40,000 nt of DNA from Escherichia coli (GTDB lineage: Bacteria > Pseudomonadota > Gammaproteobacteria > Enterobacterales > Enterobacteriaceae). The stretch lies in NCBI RefSeq assembly GCF_037269235.1, contig NZ_CP147535.1. One strand, 5' to 3'. The first letter of the stretch is position 1. Each line of letters begins with the position of its first letter. The notes below the pieces were generated by a model. The model was not told the origin of the DNA, did no database searches, and worked only from the letters and a program-made list of their open reading frames with translations. A program made the translations under genes and the position numbers. Positions 20,947 through 30,994 of this stretch are shown here, one piece after another.

Positions 20947-22068
20947 ATGGCAAATAAAACTGAAAAGCCAACACAAAAGAAACTCCAGGATGCTTCTAAA
21001 AAAGGGCAAATTCTAAAAAGTAGAGACTTAACAGTCTCTGTAATAATGCTTGTGGGTACTTTATATCTCGGATATGTATTTGATGTGCATCACATTATGT
21101 CGATTCTTGAATACATCCTTGATCATAACGCTAAACCGGATATTTGGGACTATTTTAAAGCTATGGGGATAGGTTGGTTGAAAACGATCATTCCTTTTTT
21201 GCTGGTTTGCATGTTTACAACAATACTTGTCTCATGGTTTCAAAGTAAAATGCAATTAGCAACTGAAGCTATTAAGTTTAAGTTTGATTCATTAAATCCA
21301 GTAAATGGCTTAAAACGTATATTTGGCTTAAAAACCGTAAAAGAATTTGTTAAAGCAATACTTTATATTATTTTTTTTGCATTGGCGATCAAAGTATTTT
21401 GGACTAACCATAAATCACTGCTTTTTAAAACTCTTGATGGAGATATCATTTCTTTATTATCAGATTGGGGAGAGATGCTATTCCTTCTCATACTATATTG
21501 TCTCGGCAGTATGATAATTGTTCTAATATTTGATTTTATCGCTGAGTATTTTTTATTTATGAAAGATATGAAAATGGATAAACAAGAAGTTAAAAGAGAA
21601 TACAAGGAACAAGAAGGAAATCCAGAAATTAAGTCTAAACGCAGAGAGCGCCATCAAGAAATTCTGTCAGAGCAATTGAAATCTGATGTCAGTAATAGCC
21701 GTCTGATGATTGCCAACCCTACGCACATTGCCATAGGGATATACTTTAAGCCACATCTGTCACCTATCCCATTGATTTCTGTAAGAGAAACTAATGAGGT
21801 AGCATTAGCCGTAAGGAAATATGCAAAGGAAATCGGAATACCAATTATTACAGATAAAAAATTAGCACGAAAAATTTATGCTACCCATCGTCGCTACGAT
21901 TATGTTAGCTTCGAAAATATAGATGAGATCTTGCGTCTTCTGCTGTGGCTTGAAGATGTGGAGAATGCTGGACAACCTGTTCCAGATGAACTGCTCCCCT
22001 CAGAAGATAAATTCAAAGAAGGTGAAGACACAAAAAGCGAGAATAAAGACAATAATTTAAAAAATTAA
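20947..22068 (+). CDS. epaS: EpaS, T3SS autoprotease/switch protein (SpaS/SctU)
   Basis: 373 aa; conserved cleavage motif NPTH in RLMIANPTHIAIGIYF. Confidence 0.96.
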   Translation: MANKTEKPTQKKLQDASKKGQILKSRDLTVSVIMLVGTLYLGYVFDVHHIMSILEYILDHNAKPDIWDYFKAMGIGWLKTIIPFLLVCMFTTILVSWFQSKMQLATEAIKFKFDSLNPVNGLKRIFGLKTVKEFVKAILYIIFFALAIKVFWTNHKSLLFKTLDGDIISLLSDWGEMLFLLILYCLGSMIIVLIFDFIAEYFLFMKDMKMDKQEVKREYKEQEGNPEIKSKRRERHQEILSEQLKSDVSNSRLMIANPTHIAIGIYFKPHLSPIPLISVRETNEVALAVRKYAKEIGIPIITDKKLARKIYATHRRYDYVSFENIDEILRLLLWLEDVENAGQPVPDELLPSEDKFKEGEDTKSENKDNNLKN

Positions 22069-22093
22069 ACATCTATCATAGTCAGAAATTTAT

Positions 22094-22126
22094 AAGAATC
22101 TACACGCAAAAAGCGTGTAGATTCTT
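22094..22126. terminator. Bidirectional intrinsic terminator between epaS and the convergent lipoprotein gene
   Basis: AAGAATCTACACGC-AAAAA-GCGTGTAGATTCTT, 14-bp perfect stem, 5-nt loop, A/T-rich flanks both sides. Confidence 0.8.
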
Positions 22127-22128
22127 AT

Positions 22129-22422
22129 TTAATGAGTTAAACGATCTTGCGAAATGACAAGCAATTGATACATACTCATCTCTTTATAAGCTGGAACAGT
22201 AGTAACCTGTGCAAATTCGCGATATAGCTTCTGCTCTAGTTCTGCTGATGATATATATTCCGGGTGTTCGCTAAAGAACTGTCTTGCATCTACTATCGCT
22301 TGAGATTCGCCACTTCTTTTATTCTGAGTATCCTTTAATGAATTTTCTCTGGTGCATGCAGAGAGCAACGATATCAGCGCGACAGTTATTATGATTTTAC
22401 TATTATATCTTACTAATGACAT
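22129..22422 (-). CDS. InvH-like T3SS pilotin lipoprotein (SctG candidate)
   Basis: 97 aa; lipobox LLSAC; ARQFFSEHPEYISSAELEQKLYREFAQVTTVPAYKEMSMYQLLVISQDRL resembles, from memory, the Salmonella InvH C-terminal segment (FFQEHPQY...EEQLMTEFKKV...P..K.LS.YQ.LL...RL). Confidence 0.75.
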   Translation of the reverse strand: MSLVRYNSKIIITVALISLLSACTRENSLKDTQNKRSGESQAIVDARQFFSEHPEYISSAELEQKLYREFAQVTTVPAYKEMSMYQLLVISQDRLTH

Positions 22423-22423
22423 A

Positions 22424-22924
22424 TCAACTTTCTCTTATGCAAGATTGGAGTTTAAAATAATGTTTATCCCATTCACAGAGTGCTATAAACAACTCAACAG
22501 TACCTTTTATGTTAAGTTTATTTAGGGCTCTTATTTTGTGATATGATACTGTTTTATAATCAATTCCTTTGATAATGGCTATTTGTTTTAACGAATAAGA
22601 AACACATAACCGCAGGATATCTATCTCATCATGGGTAAGTGGTTCTTGAGTGGAATACACATTTTGTGTATGAAGATTCGAAACCAGGAAATGCGTTAAA
22701 TCAGATAATGTAATATTCTTATTGATCCTGATGAAATTGTTGCTCAAAAGGGTGTTTACAGGTTCTGTATTTGGTTTGAGATTTCGATGTTGGTGCTCAT
22801 CAATAACAACGAACGAATGTCCAAGATCAACCAACGCAACCAAATCGCTGTAATATTCCTTTTGGGATGCTAATAATGCATTAGTGCCTACAGTGAAGTA
22901 GACATCACTGGAAAAGACTTGCAT
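22424..22924 (-). CDS. LuxR-type HTH regulator (probably the gene called etrA in O157 ETT2)
   Basis: 166 aa; C-terminal HTH LTHDEIDILRLCVSYSLKQIAIIKGIDYKTVSYHKIRALNKLNIKGTVELF; 1 nt separates its stop from the pilotin-like ATG. Confidence 0.75.
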   Translation of the reverse strand: MQVFSSDVYFTVGTNALLASQKEYYSDLVALVDLGHSFVVIDEHQHRNLKPNTEPVNTLLSNNFIRINKNITLSDLTHFLVSNLHTQNVYSTQEPLTHDEIDILRLCVSYSLKQIAIIKGIDYKTVSYHKIRALNKLNIKGTVELFIALCEWDKHYFKLQSCIRES

Positions 22925-23182
22925 ATGCCAACCTGCACTCTAAAATCATTTAGGGTAAATATTACGTGTAAAATTTAAAATAATGGTAATTGTTATATTT
23001 GCATATCAATGAGGGAATAGGGTGTATACCTTAAATTGCAAATAAAGTTATGTATGTAGCCATTTAAAATGGCTCTCGAAAATTATAATCTTTTTATTGT
23101 GTGTCATCATAATTTGGTCATGAAATTTCCGTCTTGTTACACTACTCTAAACTAGAGCTTATGGAATTAGCGGGTGGTATTC

Positions 23183-24361
23183 ATGGAAAATAATGATAAA
23201 TTCTTATCACAAGACTTATTGGAATCTTATGCCATTCGTTTATTGAGCGGACCATTGAATGGATGCGAGTATGAAATACTTAATGGGCGTGTACTCGTTA
23301 TCGTTGGTAATGATGTTTCGTTAGGAAGAAGTGATTCTTTTTCTGAGTTACCAGAGAATACGATAGTCATTCCTTATGGAGAGCTTACAGGCAGTTTTGA
23401 GGTAATAATCACTACCGACCCTGATCTGGTTGTAACAATCAGAGAATTAACAGCACAAGAACCTGAATATAGAACGTTAACATTGAATCAGCAAATAGAA
23501 GTTTTAGGCCTCAAATTTGCTGTAAAAGGAAAAAATGAAGTTTGGCAGTATTCAATACCAGGTATTGTTGAAAATAACATTACTTCAACAAGGCAACATT
23601 TCTTTAGTAGTACGCTGTTTAAATATGTAACGCTATTTTTTCTTTTTGCTATCATTTTTATAGCTTTTTATATTGTTAATGCCAGTAATGATCCGCAGCT
23701 GAGACATATCGATAAAATTCTTGTAAACAAAAATAGAAATTATGAAATTTTATATGGTAGGGATCATGTCATCTATATCAATACCAATAGTTTGGATGAA
23801 GCTGTCTGGGTCAAACAAGCATTGGAAAAAAATCAACCAGGAAAACCAGTACGGGTGATAAATCCTGATGATGAATCGATACGAATTTTTTCATGGCTTG
23901 CTGATAATTTCCCAGATCTACAATATTTTAAACTACAGCTATTAGATGCCAGTAATCCAAGACTGACAGTGAGTAAGCAACGGAATGCTATCACACAGCA
24001 ACTAATCGATAATCTTATTAAAGGATTACTGCAAACTATGCCATATGCCAGCAATATAAGTATTGCGGTATTAGATGATAATGTATTGGAAAGTCAGGCA
24101 ATTGAAACATTGTCGGCAATAGGTCTTTCTTATGAAAAATATAAAACAGCTAACAATGTATATTTCAATATCATTGGTACGTTAAGCGACAGTGAATTAA
24201 ATAAAATTAATAATTATGTCGACGAATATTATAAACAATGGGGTAAACAATATGTAAGATTTAATGTGAATTTGAAAAATCAGGACACAAATAATAGTTC
24301 ATTTAGCTACGGAGATAATCGATTCGAGAAGTCTCAAGGTAGCAAGTGGACATTTCAGTAA
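23183..24361 (+). CDS. eprH: EprH, T3SS outer inner-membrane ring protein (PrgH/SctD)
   Basis: 392 aa from ATG 23183; single TM (FKYVTLFFLFAIIFIAFYIV), first gene of eprHIJK. Confidence 0.94.
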   Translation: MENNDKFLSQDLLESYAIRLLSGPLNGCEYEILNGRVLVIVGNDVSLGRSDSFSELPENTIVIPYGELTGSFEVIITTDPDLVVTIRELTAQEPEYRTLTLNQQIEVLGLKFAVKGKNEVWQYSIPGIVENNITSTRQHFFSSTLFKYVTLFFLFAIIFIAFYIVNASNDPQLRHIDKILVNKNRNYEILYGRDHVIYINTNSLDEAVWVKQALEKNQPGKPVRVINPDDESIRIFSWLADNFPDLQYFKLQLLDASNPRLTVSKQRNAITQQLIDNLIKGLLQTMPYASNISIAVLDDNVLESQAIETLSAIGLSYEKYKTANNVYFNIIGTLSDSELNKINNYVDEYYKQWGKQYVRFNVNLKNQDTNNSSFSYGDNRFEKSQGSKWTFQ

Positions 24362-24377
24362 TAATTGAGGAGGACTT

Positions 24378-24617
24378 ATGGCAGATTGGAATGGTTATAT
24401 TATGGATATCAGCAAACAATTTGATCAGGGGGTTGATGATCTGAACCAGCAAGTTGAAAAAGCGTTGGAGGATTTAGCAACCAATCCTTCCGACCCGAAA
24501 TTCCTTGCCGAATATCAGAGTGCATTAGCTGAGTATACATTATATCGAAATGCGCAATCTAACGTTGTAAAAGCGTATAAAGATCTTGATTCGGCAATCA
24601 TACAAAACTTCCGCTAA
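24378..24617 (+). CDS. eprI: EprI, T3SS needle subunit (PrgI/SctF)
   Basis: 79 aa; very close to PrgI, C-terminus LYRNAQSNVVKAYKDLDSAIIQNFR. Confidence 0.97.
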   Translation: MADWNGYIMDISKQFDQGVDDLNQQVEKALEDLATNPSDPKFLAEYQSALAEYTLYRNAQSNVVKAYKDLDSAIIQNFR

Positions 24618-24636
24618 ACTGGATAAGGATTTTATT

Positions 24637-24969
24637 ATGTCAGTAAGCAATATGCCACCTATTGATAGAGCTGAGCAATCAGCTGCTCATGAAATACAGC
24701 AAGCGAAAGTTATTGATTTAAATGACCGGGTTCTCAATCTTGATAACCCGGATGATAAAATGATCTCCGCTTTTGCTAACTATGCGGTACAAACTGAAAA
24801 TTGGCAGCAAAATGCGTTACAAGCATTAAGGTCTGATAAAAAGGGGTTAACTCCTGAAAAATTATTAGTCTTGCAGGATCATGTGCTTAATTATAATGTC
24901 GAGGTTTCATTGGTGGGAACATTAGCAAGAAAAATTGTCGCTGCAGTTGAGACGTTGACTCGCTCATGA
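24637..24969 (+). CDS. eprJ: EprJ, T3SS inner rod (PrgJ/SctI)
   Basis: Start at MSVSNMPPIDRAEQ; position between needle and SctJ genes. Confidence 0.93.
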   Translation: MSVSNMPPIDRAEQSAAHEIQQAKVIDLNDRVLNLDNPDDKMISAFANYAVQTENWQQNALQALRSDKKGLTPEKLLVLQDHVLNYNVEVSLVGTLARKIVAAVETLTRS

Positions 24970-25700
24970 AATATATATCATTATTCTTGTTTATCCTGCT
25001 GTTGTGCGGTTGCAAGCAGCAGGAATTACTGAACCATCTTGATCAACAGCAAGCTAATGATGTCCTTGCTGTTTTACAAAGACATAATATTAATGCTGAG
25101 AAGAAGGATCAAGGCAAAATTGGATTTTCAATCTATGTAGAACCAACGGATTTTGCTTCTGCGGTGGATTGGCTAAAAATCTACAATCTCCCGGGTAAGC
25201 CTGATATTCAAATATCGCAGATGTTTCCTGCAGATGCACTCGTTTCCTCTCCACGAGCGGAAAAAGCAAGATTGTATTCTGCTATTGAACAGCGTTTAGA
25301 GCAATCTCTCAAAATTATGGATGGCATTGTTTCTTCAAGAGTACATGTTAGTTACGATGTTGATACTGGTGATAGTGGCAAAACTGCTTTACCAATTCAT
25401 ATTTCTGTACTTGCTGTATATGAAAAAGATATCAATCCAGAAATAAAAATAAATGACATTAAGAGATTTATTGTTAATAGCTTTGCAAGCGTACAATATG
25501 AGAATATTTCAGTCGTATTGTCAAAACGAAGAGATATTATTGAACAAGCACCAACATATGAAATTAACGAACCTATTTTTGCTTATGATAAGACTATGCC
25601 GGTTTCTATCTTACTTGCATTAATGTCCATTGCGACTTGCTGGCTGTTATGGAAGTACAGGGCTATTCTAACTAATTTAATCAGGTTAAAAAATAAGTAG
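24966..25700 (+). CDS. eprK: EprK, T3SS inner-membrane ring lipoprotein (PrgK/SctJ)
   Basis: 244 aa; lipobox LLLCGC, YscJ/FliF-family domain, C-terminal TM. Confidence 0.95.
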   Translation: MKYISLFLFILLLCGCKQQELLNHLDQQQANDVLAVLQRHNINAEKKDQGKIGFSIYVEPTDFASAVDWLKIYNLPGKPDIQISQMFPADALVSSPRAEKARLYSAIEQRLEQSLKIMDGIVSSRVHVSYDVDTGDSGKTALPIHISVLAVYEKDINPEIKINDIKRFIVNSFASVQYENISVVLSKRRDIIEQAPTYEINEPIFAYDKTMPVSILLALMSIATCWLLWKYRAILTNLIRLKNK

Positions 25701-25715
25701 ACATATGAGAACGTT

Positions 25716-26297
25716 ATGAATCTTGCCCTAAGAAAGATTATATATGATCCAATTAGTTATATTCATCCTCAACGAGTAAGTTGGAATAATGCACGTATTA
25801 GCAATCCGGTACTTAGATCTATTACCAATGAAATGATACTCCTACAGTACAATCTTTCAGTTGAGCATTTTAGTCTGAATAGTTCACTTATTTACTACAT
25901 AAACAATTGGAAATTATTTCCATTGATCTGTTTACTCAGTGGTTGTCACTTTTATCGAGAAAGGTTTGCAGAACGCGGATTTTTTTACAAGGTTCCTGAT
26001 GTGCTAAGGAATTATTTATCAGCGATACCGGTGGAAATAAATGAAAAGGCACGATATAAACTTGGCATCGTTAACTATCAGAATATCATCACATGTGGTT
26101 TTTCAACGTTGTTGCCCTATGTAAGGCAACAACCGTTGGCAATGCAGCAACGATTTAATTTATTATTTCCTGATTTTGTTGACCACATACAATTGCCGTT
26201 ACCAGTTGCGTCTACTCTTTTGGAGAGAATTACATTTTATGCGAAAAAAAATAGAGATGAGCTTGATAAACTCTCCTGCAAATGGTGTTGTGATTAA
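25716..26297 (+). CDS. OrgA-like sorting-platform protein (SctK)
   Basis: 193 aa immediately downstream of eprK in the SPI-1 order prgK-orgA-orgB. Confidence 0.85.
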   Translation: MNLALRKIIYDPISYIHPQRVSWNNARISNPVLRSITNEMILLQYNLSVEHFSLNSSLIYYINNWKLFPLICLLSGCHFYRERFAERGFFYKVPDVLRNYLSAIPVEINEKARYKLGIVNYQNIITCGFSTLLPYVRQQPLAMQQRFNLLFPDFVDHIQLPLPVASTLLERITFYAKKNRDELDKLSCKWCCD

Positions 26298-26946
26298 AAG
26301 AATAATTTCTGATGGATTGAAAGAAATAGTTTCTCTAAAAGAACAGATCCTTCTTGAAACCACCGCAAAAATTCAGAGTATTGAGGAAAAGAGAGAAGAA
26401 AAAATTATTCAAGGTTATTATGATGGCTATGCGAAAGGCATTATTGATGTGATGGATAATTTTATACCCTTGATAAGTTTGCTGAGCTCAGAATTAGAAA
26501 AAAACAGAGTAAACATGATAAACGATCTGAAGAGCATATTGTTAAAATCTTCAGAGGAAGTTGAAGTTTTTATCAAAATTTTTGAAAGTTGGGTAACAAA
26601 ATTACCGTCAATATCAGGCCCTTTAAATCTCTATATACCTACCAGTTTCAAAGATAAGTCTATTGAAGTAGAGTCATATTTTGTCGACAAGTCAATATGG
26701 AATGTCCATATTTCATATCATGATGACAAACGTTTTATTTTTTTTACAGATCAATTTATTGCTGAATTTAGTCCGCAGGAATTTGTGGATAATTGTGAGC
26801 AATATTTAATTAGCAATCACTGTTTTTCCCCTGACAAGGTTAATGAAATCTGTGAACATGCCAGACATTATTTAGTTGAAAGAATGTGTGAAATAGATTC
26901 TTTGGCTATGAATAATTCTGATTTGACGAACCCAGAGGACTTATAG
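26239..26946 (+). CDS. OrgB-like ATPase stator (SctL)
   Basis: Start chosen at MRKKIEMSLINSPANG; YHDDKRFIFFTDQFIAEFSPQEFVDN is strongly OrgB-like. Confidence 0.88.
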   Translation: MRKKIEMSLINSPANGVVIKRIISDGLKEIVSLKEQILLETTAKIQSIEEKREEKIIQGYYDGYAKGIIDVMDNFIPLISLLSSELEKNRVNMINDLKSILLKSSEEVEVFIKIFESWVTKLPSISGPLNLYIPTSFKDKSIEVESYFVDKSIWNVHISYHDDKRFIFFTDQFIAEFSPQEFVDNCEQYLISNHCFSPDKVNEICEHARHYLVERMCEIDSLAMNNSDLTNPEDL

Positions 26947-27168
26947 ATTACTGTCTCCGGTTTAATAACTTGAATATAATCTAATTCTAATATTTTAAAC
27001 GCCTAATGATTTTTCAACACTGGTGTTATTCTGCTTACGCGAAAATTTTATTTTTAATTATATTTCATTATTATTTCATCAATGTATTCTTTGGATTTTG
27101 CTTATAATAATAATGGAAGGGATGATTATAAATGAATGCGTTATTGCATTTACACTCAGGATGAATAT

Positions 27169-27801
27169 ATGGGAAAGATTAAAATTGTAGTTTCAGATCA
27201 GCAGCCGTTTATGATTGATGGGATAATTGGATTTCTCGGACATTATCCCGATTTATATGAGGTTGTTGGGGGCTATAAAGATCTGAAGAAAGCTATAGCG
27301 GAGTGTAACAAATCTGCAGCCCAAATATTTATTTTAGGAGAATTTGCAGGTGGAATGATGGGGTCCGAACTCATAAAATGGGTTAAATCGCATAAAATAG
27401 ATGCTCATATTATTACATTTGTAGCAAAAATGCCGTATATTGATTCAATAAAATTGCTTGAAGCCGGTGCGAAAGGATGCGTATGGAAAACCAGTCACCC
27501 GGCGAAACTAAATCGCGCTATTGATTCGATTAGTAATGGTTATACTTATTTTGATAGTGTACATATGGATTGTGAAAAAATATCTTCAAGATATTCCTCT
27601 GATAATCAACTTACAAATCGTGAGTCTGAAATACTACAACTCATAGCTGATGGAAAAACAAACAAAGAAATCGCTAATTTCTTGCAGTTAAGCAGGAAAA
27701 CAGTCGAAACTCATAGACTCAATATCATGAAGAAATTAGATGTTCACAGTGGTATCGAGTTGATCAAAACAGCTTTACGTATGGGTGTTTGCACTATATA
27801 A
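27169..27801 (+). CDS. ygeK: YgeK, NarL/LuxR-family response-regulator-like protein
   Basis: Receiver-like domain plus LuxR HTH ([43 protein letters not shown]); start chosen at [12 protein letters not shown]. Confidence 0.88.
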   Translation: MGKIKIVVSDQQPFMIDGIIGFLGHYPDLYEVVGGYKDLKKAIAECNKSAAQIFILGEFAGGMMGSELIKWVKSHKIDAHIITFVAKMPYIDSIKLLEAGAKGCVWKTSHPAKLNRAIDSISNGYTYFDSVHMDCEKISSRYSSDNQLTNRESEILQLIADGKTNKEIANFLQLSRKTVETHRLNIMKKLDVHSGIELIKTALRMGVCTI

Positions 27802-27835
27802 AAAAAGAGGCTTTAGGCTCATTTTGCTAAAGCCT
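27801..27835 (-). terminator. Intrinsic terminator of pbl, overlapping its 3' end
   Basis: Stem AGGCTTTAG (27808-27816) / CTAAAGCCT (27827-27835); on the minus strand followed by a run of T (AAAAAA at 27801-27806). Confidence 0.6.
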
Positions 27836-28322
27836 TACGCTTGTCTATTTCATTAAGTCTGGTATATACAACATATATTTTTTTTGCATATTGCAGCCTC
27901 TTTTTTTGGTTTTCCATTGCAAAACCCGCGTTATATGTCCCCAGACATTGCCACGTTACCCCACAACGTGAAAAATGATTATATAAAATCTCGGTCCCTA
28001 TTTTAATGTTCAGACAGGGGTTATCTAACAAATCTCGTTCATCTTTTATTATTCCACGTTTTTTTAACATGGGAATGTGCATCTGGTTTATCTGCATTAA
28101 ACCATAATCAAAACTCTTTATATTGTTTTTCTTATCCCTGTTCTTGCCGATGCTATCATTTTTTAAATTACTTTCAACAAGAGCGATAGCTTTGATCAAA
28201 TTTGGTTCGATTCTGAAAATTGATCCTGCTTCATTAAAGCAAGCGCTACTGGCGAAAGACATTTTTGTAATTAATATAGAAAACATGAAGATGGATAAGA
28301 TTTTAACTTTGGGTAAGCGCAT
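27819..28322 (-). CDS. pbl: Pbl, IagB-like lytic transglycosylase of the T3SS
   Basis: 167 aa with signal peptide; SLT motifs ALVESNLK...DYGLMQIN...GTYNAG. Confidence 0.92.
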   Translation of the reverse strand: MRLPKVKILSIFMFSILITKMSFASSACFNEAGSIFRIEPNLIKAIALVESNLKNDSIGKNRDKKNNIKSFDYGLMQINQMHIPMLKKRGIIKDERDLLDNPCLNIKIGTEILYNHFSRCGVTWQCLGTYNAGFAMENQKKRLQYAKKIYVVYTRLNEIDKRKALAK

Positions 28323-28405
28323 ATATTTTTATGTGTAGGATTGAAGGAAAGGAACGAGATACTAATATATTCAGTATCTCGTTAATCATTTAAGTGGTCA
28401 ATTAT

Positions 28406-28624
28406 CTACCATTCCAGTTCATAGTAAGGAGAGATAGGATTATCTTTCGAATACATATCATTTTGAAATGATGCCATCCATGTTGAAACTATAAATGCTT
28501 GTATTTGATCTGTATCAGTAGCACTGGTGGTGATGTGTTTATCTAATGAAACGACTTCATCACCCGTTGCGGTTGCTATATTTAAACTTTGAGAAAAATT
28601 ATTCATATTGATTGGATTAGTCAT
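28406..28624 (-). CDS. ygeI: YgeI, small uncharacterised protein of the ETT2 region
   Basis: 72 aa from MTNPINMNNFSQSLN...; conserved position between pbl and ygeH. Confidence 0.7.
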   Translation of the reverse strand: MTNPINMNNFSQSLNIATATGDEVVSLDKHITTSATDTDQIQAFIVSTWMASFQNDMYSKDNPISPYYELEW

Positions 28625-28791
28625 AAAGTTCCCTTTTTTATTTGTCCAGGCCAATAGCCTATACACAATACTTTTTAATCTAGAGTATTTGATATATATT
28701 GCAATAAGGTAATTATCTTAGATGTTTTCATCTCTGTTGTTTACATAACCAGTTGCATACATCTAAACAATAAAATTGCGACAATAAAGAT

Positions 28792-30168
28792 TTATCGCAT
28801 ACAAATTCTCGTTAGTTGCTTTAGTTTCAAAATGTTGTCAATTATCACTCGATGGCTTTCACTCGAAGTTTCTTTATAGTAGAGTTTCATGTTGCTTTTG
28901 AGCGGGTTAGGCACATACATATCTACACACTCTTTTATCACAACTGCTTTTCGTCTTCTGGGTTCGAGTTGTAGTGATTTGTCTATACAAATCCTTGCCT
29001 CTTCAATTCTTTCATTATGAAAATTGACAAGTGCTCTATAGTAGTAGAGAGAGGCTATATCAGTTGTGTGTATCTTAGCCTGTTCAAATAAGATATGAGA
29101 TACTTTTGCCTGTCCAGACAGACCAGTTATCAGTCCCATAATAGCTAAAATTTTTCCATCGACATTGGTTATGTCTGATACATAATGTAAAAGCTCTAAT
29201 GCTTTTTGAGCAGCAAGTTCAAGTTCATACTTTCCATGAAGTGCCAAAGACATATGGCATTCCGCTAGCAGACAATAACATTCTATTTTTAGCGTCTGTA
29301 TATCACTTTTATTTTGTAATCCATCAAATATAGCCATAGCCCTGTAAATGCTTTCAGGAGTAAACTCGTAAAGTTCTTTCTTACCAGCCAACAGTTCATC
29401 TGATAAATAATGATTCTTGTAACCTTGGTTCGGTTTAGCTAATCTTACAGAACGCTCTGGATTATGTACCGTTTGAAGGATATTATCTATAATAAATTGT
29501 GATGTGTTATGTAGTTCATCAACAGGAAGATGATTACTGGCGATGAGGAAAAGATTTTTAGCGTCGATCAGTTCAATGTATAAAGTTTTCACCGCGTTAT
29601 TCTGATTTATTCTTCCTGTAACGAAATAATCTGGCTTGAATCTTCTCAAAAATGAATTTTGCGATATGTGATCATTACAAAAATTTGTCGCAGCCATCGG
29701 ATAGGTATAAAGGCCATCGATTTTTTTATCCGAAATGTTTTGCACTAATTCCTGATTAAGTATTAATGGATCCAGGGTATTCAATGAAGTGGTGAAAGGA
29801 AATATAGCTATGGAATAGTCTGAAGTGTTATCTTCATTTATTTTAGTTTTGAAAACCTGTCCACTGAAACGATAACCTTTCCGGTAGATTGTTTCTATGC
29901 AACGATCATAGCCAATTTTTTCAAAAATGCAGCGCAAAGAATAGATACATCTTGTCAGGGACTCATCACTTACAATAATATTTTTCCATACTGATTCGAT
30001 GATCATATCTTTCAGGACAACATGACCAGCGGATTCAAGTAATACGATCAATACTCCTAACTCTTTCGGTGGAATATAAATCTGCTCATTTCCTTGAGTA
30101 AGAATTCCATCTTCCGTGAGCGTTAATCCCTCAAGAAAATGATATGAGAATTTATTTTCTAAGTCCAT
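28792..30168 (-). CDS. ygeH: YgeH, HilA-like transcriptional regulator (OmpR-type wHTH + TPR)
   Basis: 458 aa; N-terminal winged HTH ([53 protein letters not shown]...YRKGYRF). Confidence 0.93.
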   Translation of the reverse strand: MDLENKFSYHFLEGLTLTEDGILTQGNEQIYIPPKELGVLIVLLESAGHVVLKDMIIESVWKNIIVSDESLTRCIYSLRCIFEKIGYDRCIETIYRKGYRFSGQVFKTKINEDNTSDYSIAIFPFTTSLNTLDPLILNQELVQNISDKKIDGLYTYPMAATNFCNDHISQNSFLRRFKPDYFVTGRINQNNAVKTLYIELIDAKNLFLIASNHLPVDELHNTSQFIIDNILQTVHNPERSVRLAKPNQGYKNHYLSDELLAGKKELYEFTPESIYRAMAIFDGLQNKSDIQTLKIECYCLLAECHMSLALHGKYELELAAQKALELLHYVSDITNVDGKILAIMGLITGLSGQAKVSHILFEQAKIHTTDIASLYYYRALVNFHNERIEEARICIDKSLQLEPRRRKAVVIKECVDMYVPNPLKSNMKLYYKETSSESHRVIIDNILKLKQLTRICMR

Positions 30169-30502
30169 TAGTTAACCTCTATGAAAAAATTGGTTTCTTG
30201 CATCCTGCATAAGCAATAGAAATTGTGGCTATTCATATTTATGTGTCATTAATGCTACAGGAGTTTACATTCGACATATCTATGGTTGTGTTCACTAATT
30301 TATCTTAGGAATTCAGTGATGTAATCTGAAATAGCCTTATTCAATTTTGATAAAATAGATTGTTCTCTAACGCGTTGAAAAATAGTAATTTATAGTGTGT
30401 TCTTAACTGTTTTAAGATGTTGATTTAAGAAAACATAAGAGAAGCTGGTCATAGTGGTTAACTGCACTATAACCAGCAATTTTAACCAAATGCTTGTAAT
30501 GC

Positions 30503-30994
30503 TTAGCCATTATCTTCTGAATTATCGGTTAAGAGTTCAATATATGCCTGCGCTTTGCTCTTAACACTTTCATCCTCACAATTGTTAATAATATGATAGA
30601 AACATTGCATTGCGTTATCGATATTTTTAGCCCCAATTTGACATTGACCCATACGATAAATAACTGAATAGTCATCATACGGGGAGTAATTGTAACTTAG
30701 TTTGTAAAGGTCATATGCTTGTTGATATTTCTTTTTTGACTGGCATACTGATGCAAAACCTTTTAGATATTCATGATTTTCGAACGCATAAATGCACAGA
30801 AATTTATAATAAATTTCTGCGTCCGTTATATTACCTTTTTCATGGTAGTCGAATGCACATGCATATATTCTATCAAGGATATCAGGAGTCAATCCATGTA
30901 GTAATGCCAGATTTTCTCCTTGCGATAATGCGTGTTTTAGTTGACTTGCCCATTCATCACTGTTATTGAATATTTCAAGTGTATCTGTGCTCAT
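30503..30994 (-). CDS. ygeG: YgeG, SycD/SicA-like class II T3SS chaperone (TPR)
   Basis: Start chosen at MSTDTLEIFNNSDEW (163 aa); TPR repeats with YKFLCIYAFENHEYLKGFASVCQSKKKYQQAYDLYKLSYNYSPYDDYSVIYRMGQC. Confidence 0.92.
   Translation of the reverse strand: MSTDTLEIFNNSDEWASQLKHALSQGENLALLHGLTPDILDRIYACAFDYHEKGNITDAEIYYKFLCIYAFENHEYLKGFASVCQSKKKYQQAYDLYKLSYNYSPYDDYSVIYRMGQCQIGAKNIDNAMQCFYHIINNCEDESVKSKAQAYIELLTDNSEDNG

Noticed and set aside
28123-28338. Plus-strand 71-aa ORF antisense to pbl
   Set aside because: It overlaps the signal peptide and catalytic region of the lytic transglycosylase gene on the opposite strand; no independent support.
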